Of a DNA stretch of 64,000 nt, positions 58,738 through 64,000 are shown one piece after another. Positions within the stretch are counted from its first letter, which is position 1; every line of letters starts with the position of its first letter. The notes beneath the pieces were generated by a model that saw only the letters and a list, made by a program, of their open reading frames with translations, was not told the origin of the DNA and did not search any database. The stretch lies in contig CAWFGO010000001.1 in the NCBI GenBank assembly GCA_963815455.1, forward strand, positions 928,001 through 992,000, in the 5' to 3' direction. This DNA is from an uncultured Verrucomicrobiae bacterium (lineage in GTDB: Bacteria; Verrucomicrobiota; Verrucomicrobiia; Chthoniobacterales; UBA10450). The translations under genes and the position numbers were made by a program.

Positions 58738-59319
58738 ATGGAATATCCTGATGCAAGCGCGCTGGTGGAAGCCGCGCTCCGGCACGACGATGAAGCAGCT
58801 CGCGAATTGGTTCGCCGTCTTTATCCCTTTGTGGCAAAAATCGTTTGCTCGCATCGGGCCCAGCGCACTCCAGAGGAGGACCTTTGTCAGATGATTTTTA
58901 TCAGGATGTTTCAAAAATTGAATCAGTTTTCCGGCAAAGTGCCGCTCGAGCACTGGGTCTCGAGAATCGCGGTCAACACTTGTCTCAACCAGATTGCCGC
59001 CGAGAAAATCCGTCCCGAATTGCGCCACGCCGACCTGAGCGAAGAGGAACAAGCCGTCGTGGAAAACCTGGCATCGTCGCCGGATGAGCTCGCTCCCGAC
59101 CAGCGCTTTGCCGCGCGCCAGCTGGTCGAACATTTGCTCGATCTGCTAAAGCCAGCCGAGCGCCTGGTGATTGATCTGCTTTATTTACAGGGGCGGTCCG
59201 TCGAAGAAATACGAAAAATTACTGGATGGAGCGCTCCACTGGTCAAAGTGCGTGCTTTTCGTGCCCGGCAAAAAATGAAAACGCAACTCGCCAGGATTTC
59301 GGCAAAGGAGAGTTCATGA
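58738..59319 (+). CDS. ECF sigma factor
   Basis: EDLCQMIF, WVSRIAVNTC, region 4 VKVRAFRAR. Confidence 0.93.
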   Translation: MEYPDASALVEAALRHDDEAARELVRRLYPFVAKIVCSHRAQRTPEEDLCQMIFIRMFQKLNQFSGKVPLEHWVSRIAVNTCLNQIAAEKIRPELRHADLSEEEQAVVENLASSPDELAPDQRFAARQLVEHLLDLLKPAERLVIDLLYLQGRSVEEIRKITGWSAPLVKVRAFRARQKMKTQLARISAKESS

Positions 59320-59624
59320 ACGATGTCGATCCAAACGTAGACCGGTTACTGCGAGCGGCCGCGCTGTCACAACAGGAAGCGTCGGTCGAAGCGCCGTTCG
59401 GATTCGACACGCGCGTGGTTGCGCTCTGGCGCGGGCTTGAGAAAACCGAGTTCGTTGGCCTGGCCCGGTTGTTGCGGCGAGTCGCCCTCGTCGCCGCCGT
59501 CATCACCATCATCACCGCCGCGGGCGTTTACTGGGAAGCGAATGAGAGCCGGGAAAGCAGCGAGCCGTTCGCGAACGAATTCATGATCGCGGACTCGACA
59601 ATTCAATCGGAATTTTCGCCATGA
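59316..59624 (+). CDS. Putative single-TM anti-sigma factor
   Basis: ATGA-coupled to the sigma gene; PFGFDTRV then a TM helix. Confidence 0.72.
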   Translation: MNDVDPNVDRLLRAAALSQQEASVEAPFGFDTRVVALWRGLEKTEFVGLARLLRRVALVAAVITIITAAGVYWEANESRESSEPFANEFMIADSTIQSEFSP

Positions 59625-60055
59625 ACCGCGCGTTACAATGGAAACTGATCGCGGGATTTCTCCTGGTCTTTATCGCGGGAGGGACCACCGGCGCCTTCTT
59701 TGGCGCGGCGCACGCCCGCCATCAGTTTCTTGAATCGCCGCACCGTGGAATGATGAGCGCGCGGATTCGGGATCGGCTGCGATCCCAACTCGATTTGACG
59801 CCGGAACAACTGGCCAAGATATCGCCCATCATCGACAAGACGGCAGCCCAGCTCGAACAAATCCGGCGCGAAACGGGCCGGCGGGTGCACGACCTGATGC
59901 AGAATGCCCACAAAGAAATGACCGCCAATCTTACCGACGATCAGCGCGCCAGATTACAAAAGATCGAAGAACGGCATCGCCACTGGCGTCATCATTCGCC
60001 TGAGTTTCACCGGCACCAGCCGCCGTCACCCTCCGGACACGAACCGGAGCCATAG
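59621..60055 (+). CDS. Membrane-anchored LTxxQ (Spy/CpxP/ZraP-like) protein
   Basis: TM segment, LDLTPEQ, LTDDQ and His-rich tail. Confidence 0.75.
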   Translation: MNRALQWKLIAGFLLVFIAGGTTGAFFGAAHARHQFLESPHRGMMSARIRDRLRSQLDLTPEQLAKISPIIDKTAAQLEQIRRETGRRVHDLMQNAHKEMTANLTDDQRARLQKIEERHRHWRHHSPEFHRHQPPSPSGHEPEP

Positions 60056-60057
60056 AG

Positions 60058-60081
60058 TGTAGAGGCGGCCGTATCGGCCGC
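60058..60081. repeat. GTAG-type REP-like half element
   Basis: TGTAGAG-GCGGCCG-TAT-CGGCCGC; related to 63915-63938. Confidence 0.6.
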
Positions 60082-60107
60082 GTATGACGGGGGAACCAAC
60101 CTTCAGG

Positions 60108-60281
60108 TTACGTCACCTTTTTCCCGACCCACGCGCCGGCAATGATGAAGATCAAGAACAGCACCAGGAATAGGAAAAACAGGAATTTTGCTATGCCAGC
60201 CGCCGCCGCGGCGATGCCGGTGAATCCCAGGAGCGCTGCGATCAGCGCGATGACCAAAAATACTGCAGCCCAATATAACAT
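60108..60281 (-). CDS. DUF1328 small membrane protein
   Basis: [35 protein letters not shown]. Confidence 0.9.
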   Translation of the reverse strand: MLYWAAVFLVIALIAALLGFTGIAAAAAGIAKFLFFLFLVLFLIFIIAGAWVGKKVT

Positions 60282-60374
60282 CTTAATTACCTCCGCTGTT
60301 GATTCGTATCTGGCGGCGCGGTTGCGCGGGTGTCCAGTCACTTTCAGCCAGGTTGGCGCCTGGCACAGAACGCC

Positions 60375-61385
60375 CTACAAATTTTCCGCAATCTCGCGCA
60401 GCAGTCCCGGTCCCCGATAAATAAAACCGGTATAAACCTGAAGAAGCTGCGCGCCGGCGGCGAATTTTTCCCGGGCTGATTCGGCATCGAAAATTCCGCC
60501 GGAGGCGATGATCGGAATTGTCGATCTTGTCGCAATCGCGCGCACCAACGCGGTCGATTTTTCGCGCAACGGTGCTCCGCTCAAACCACCTGGCCTGTCG
60601 AGAGCGGCCGGAATCGTAGAATGATCCAGTGTCGTGTTCGTGGCGACGATCCCGGCAACTCCGTTTTCTTCGCACGTCGCGATGATCTCTTCGAGATCGG
60701 GCGGCGAAAGATCGGGGGCAATTTTTACCAGGACCGGTTTCCGAGTGCCTCGATTTTCTTCGGCTATCGCGCTCAGCAATTGCGAAAGCGCCGCTCGCCC
60801 CTGCAAATCGCGCAAACCCGGCGTGTTGGGCGAACTGACATTGAGCACGATGTAATCGGCAAGCTCGCGAAGCTGGCGAAAAGAATGGAGATAGTCATCC
60901 GTCGCTTCTTCCAACGGGGTCGTTTTCGATTTGCCAATATTGATCCCGATCGGGACCGCCGGCCATCGATCTGTCTCGCGCAATTTACAGAGCCGCGCGG
61001 CGATCGCTTGGGCGCCGTCATTGTTGAATCCGAGACTATTAATAAGCGCCCGCTGCTCGGGGACACGAAAAATACGCGGCCTCGGATTTCCCAGCTGCGC
61101 CTTCGCGGTCACCGTGCCGATCTCGACGAACCCGAACCCGAGAGCAGCCAGCGCGGGAAGAGCAACGCCGTTCTTGTCGAAGCCCGCGGCCAGACCGATC
61201 GAATTCGGGAATGTAATCCCGAAAAGCGTTTTCGGTTTTGGAGCCGGCTGAAACGAGTCGAAAAGTTTCAGAACAGGATCGACATGCGACGCGACGCGCA
61301 ACAGCGAGATCGCAAAATGATGCGCCGTCTCGGCATCGAGGGAAAACAAGAGCGGCCGGACGAATCGCTCGTAGGCATTTTTCAT
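60375..61385 (-). CDS. pyrD: Dihydroorotate dehydrogenase (quinone)
   Basis: GLAAGFDK, NVSSPNTPGLR, KIAPD and GGLSG motifs. Confidence 0.97.
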   Translation of the reverse strand: MKNAYERFVRPLLFSLDAETAHHFAISLLRVASHVDPVLKLFDSFQPAPKPKTLFGITFPNSIGLAAGFDKNGVALPALAALGFGFVEIGTVTAKAQLGNPRPRIFRVPEQRALINSLGFNNDGAQAIAARLCKLRETDRWPAVPIGINIGKSKTTPLEEATDDYLHSFRQLRELADYIVLNVSSPNTPGLRDLQGRAALSQLLSAIAEENRGTRKPVLVKIAPDLSPPDLEEIIATCEENGVAGIVATNTTLDHSTIPAALDRPGGLSGAPLREKSTALVRAIATRSTIPIIASGGIFDAESAREKFAAGAQLLQVYTGFIYRGPGLLREIAENL

Positions 61386-62789
61386 TTGCCGATGCAGAAC
61401 TGACCGAAGACGGAGTCGAGAATTTGCTCCACGTCTACCGAGCCTATCACTTCGCCGACTGCACGGAGCGCTTCGTTAAGATCGACAACGGCATACTCCG
61501 ATGATGCGCCGCCGACCAGGGTTGAACGAGCCCGGTCGCACGATTCCAAAGCACGGCGGAGACAATCGCGATGTCTCGTATTGATCGCGACCGCGCTTTC
61601 CGCCCCCAAGTTTTCTCTGCAAACGCGAGCCAGTATTTCCTTCTCCAATTGCGGCAGACCTTCACCAGTCACGCATGAAATCCGCAGGGCAACGAAATTT
61701 TTCCAGTCATTGTGTTCGGGTAGATCGTGCTTATTCAAAATTACGACCTCATTTGCGCTGCCGGCGCGTTCGTCGAAATGCGGCGGTTTGGGCGCGCTAC
61801 GATCGGCGATGTGCAGCAACAGGTCAGCCGTTTGCAGCGATTTTTCCGTGCGAGCGATTCCTTCCCGTTCGATGTCGCCCGCTGATGTTCGCAATCCGGC
61901 GGTGTCGAGCAGTCGAACCGGGACGCCGTGCAAATTGATCGTTTCCTCGATGGTATCCCGGGTTGTGCCGGGCATTTCGCTCACAATGACGCGATCGTAG
62001 CCAAGCAGACGATTGAGCAGACTCGATTTGCCGGCATTAGTCGCGCCGTAAATCACAGCGCGGATGCCTTCGCGCAAGATTCGGCCGCGATCCGCGGTCG
62101 CGAGCAACATCGACATCTTGTTCCGGACCGAATCAAGCCGCGTCTGCAGCGACTCGCCCTGGTCGGGGTCGATTCCCTCCTCCGAGAAATCGATCGACGC
62201 TTCGATATGCGCGATCGAGCGAAATCAGCTCGTCGCGAATCTCCTTAATTTTCTGGCCGAGACTGCCTTCGAGTTGTTCGGTGGCGGAACGAAGCGCCAG
62301 ATCGGTCCTGGCCCGAATCAAATCGATAACCGCCTCGGCCTGGGTGAGATCCATTTTGCCGTTGAGAAATGCCCGCTCGGTGAATTCGCCCGGCCGCGCC
62401 GCGCGCGCCCTGGCGCGCAAACAAACCTCAAGAATTTTCGCGGTCACCAGCGTTCCACCGTGGCAACTGATCTCGACCAGATCTTCACCGGTATAGCTGG
62501 CCGGCTGGCGATGGACCGAAATCATCACCTGATCGACCATGCCACCCTTTTCATCGACGATTTCGCCAAAATGCTGAACATGTGACTCAAAACGGGACGG
62601 CGTTTCTTTCCCGCGAAAAATCCTGTCCGCCAGCTCAATTGCGTCCGCGCCCGAAATCCGGACCAGCGCAATCGCGCCCTCCCCCGCGGGCGTCGAGATG
62701 GCGGCAATCGTTTCGCCGGCGAGGATCGACCGATCCTGCGCCTCACCTAGCGGGTTGGCGAGAGCACTTCTTTCAGCGCTTCGATGCAT
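61382..62789 (-). CDS. mnmE: tRNA modification GTPase MnmE, with a +1 frameshift near 62216 (start uncertain)
   Basis: TIAAIST, PGEFTERAFLNGK, GATNAGKSS, GTTRD, DTAG and FCIGK split over two frames; removing one base restores LISLIAHIEASIDF. Confidence 0.93.
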
Positions 62790-63850
62790 TTCTTATTTTG
62801 CTCCATTGTTCCCACGGAAACGCGGACCCATTCCAGCAAGCCGTAGCCTTTTAGCGGGCGCACGATGATTTTTTTGGCGAGCAGTTTCTTGAACACACCC
62901 GGCCCATCGCCCACGTTCACCATCACGAAGTTGGCCGCGCCAGGAACGAAGCGCAGATTCATTTCGGCGAATTGCGCTTCCAGATAAGCGCGGCCTTCAT
63001 CGACAACCTCCTTCGTCTTGCGCTGATGCGCGGCGTCGTCAAGCGCCGCCAGCGCGCCAACCTGTCCAATACCGTTGATGTTGAATGGCTGTCTCGTTTT
63101 TTGGAGAACATCGATCAAGTCGCTCGACGCGATTCCGTAGCCCACGCGCAAACTGGCCAGGCCATGAATTTTCGAAAACGTGCGGAGCAGTATGATGTTC
63201 GGGCGAGAGCGCACGTATTGAAGCACGTCAGGCGGATCGTTGATGAACTCGAAATAGGCTTCGTCGAAAACAGCGACAACGTCCTCCGGCAGCCGCGCAA
63301 TGAGATTGTCGATCTTCCGCTGCGAAATTAGCGCGCCAGTCGGATTGTTCGGATTCGCGATGAAAATGATTTTGGTTTTGGGCGTAATCGCATCGAGCAT
63401 CGCTTCCAGATCGGGCTGAAAATTCGGGGCCGCCGTCTCGATCGTGCGAGCATCGAAAAGCGTTGCGACCAATTTGTAGGCAATAAACGCGTGCTGAGTC
63501 GTGATCACTTCGTCGCCCGGCCTGAGAAAAGCGTGGCCGAGAAATTCAATGATCTCGTTCGAGCCGTTGCCGAGGATGATGTTCTCTCGCGCGCACCCAA
63601 GTTTTTCCGCGAGCGCGTTCCGTAAATAAAAACCGCCGCCGTCCGGGTAAAGCTGCGCGCTTTCCACCGCGGCGCGCATCGCGGCCAAAGCCTTGGGCGA
63701 CGGTCCAAGCGGGTTTTCATTTGAGGCGAGCTTAATGATCGCGGCCGGATCGACATTCAATTCGCGCGCGGTTTCCTCGATCGGTTTGCCCGGCTCGTAA
63801 ACGACGAGGCTACGCAATTGCGGGCTGGCCTGGTCCCAGATCGAAGTCAT
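62747..63850 (-). CDS. hisC: Histidinol-phosphate aminotransferase
   Basis: KLASNENP, NPNNPTG, DEAY and RTFSKIHGLA.LRVG. Confidence 0.96.
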   Translation of the reverse strand: MTSIWDQASPQLRSLVVYEPGKPIEETARELNVDPAAIIKLASNENPLGPSPKALAAMRAAVESAQLYPDGGGFYLRNALAEKLGCARENIILGNGSNEIIEFLGHAFLRPGDEVITTQHAFIAYKLVATLFDARTIETAAPNFQPDLEAMLDAITPKTKIIFIANPNNPTGALISQRKIDNLIARLPEDVVAVFDEAYFEFINDPPDVLQYVRSRPNIILLRTFSKIHGLASLRVGYGIASSDLIDVLQKTRQPFNINGIGQVGALAALDDAAHQRKTKEVVDEGRAYLEAQFAEMNLRFVPGAANFVMVNVGDGPGVFKKLLAKKIIVRPLKGYGLLEWVRVSVGTMEQNKKCIEALKEVLSPTR

Positions 63851-63914
63851 GGGCGCAATCTAGACAGAATTAACGAAATGAACAAAACGCGGGAACTCAC
63901 GCAGGCAAAAGATT

Positions 63915-63938
63915 GCAGCCGACGCGGCTGGCTCTACA
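63915..63938. repeat. GTAG-type REP-like half element (minus orientation)
   Basis: Reverse complement TGTAGAGCCAGCCGCGTCGGCTGC. Confidence 0.6.
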
Positions 63939-63948
63939 ATGGAGCGTG

Positions 63949-64000
63949 ATGGCCGAAGAGAAGATTATCTATCTTGATAATAACGCCACGACCCGGCTCG
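63949..64000 (+). CDS. Cysteine desulfurase (NifS/IscS), 5' partial
   Basis: MAEEKIIYLDNNATTRL. Confidence 0.8.
   Translation, partial: MAEEKIIYLDNNATTRL

Overview
This is a GC-rich bacterial chromosomal segment. Gene content and style suggest a soil Verrucomicrobiota (Chthoniobacterales-like) genome, which is an inference. Housekeeping genes include leuS, rdgB, mscL, exbB-exbD-tonB-exbD, a SahR-like regulator with metK-ahcY, glpX, mqnC, bamA-skp, pyrD, mnmE, hisC, a partial cysteine desulfurase and tRNA-Leu(TAG). Five less ordinary systems stand out. (1) A complex I-like cluster is split into divergent halves, nuoABCDI and nuoHJKL-M-M-N. It has two NuoM subunits, a 26-aa duplication in the NuoL lateral helix and no canonical nuoEFG. 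Directly beside it are a NuoE-NuoF fusion and a protein that combines a NuoG-type Fe-S N-terminus, two cyclic-nucleotide-binding domains and a four-cluster ferredoxin, a candidate cNMP-gated electron-input module. (2) A UBact (58 aa, absent from the ORF track)-prcB-prcA proteasome operon runs into peptidoglycan genes. (3) Several families of REP-like palindromes occur, some inserted in frame in LeuS, NuoD, NuoC, NuoI and a metal-binding protein. (4) A Cys/His leader ORF ending near HAPP precedes a heavy-metal-binding exported protein. (5) An ECF sigma locus has two back-to-back TGTAAC-N17-GGTC promoter motifs. Single-base frameshifts in exbD and mnmE may be assembly errors. All annotations are by eye from motifs; no database searches were run.
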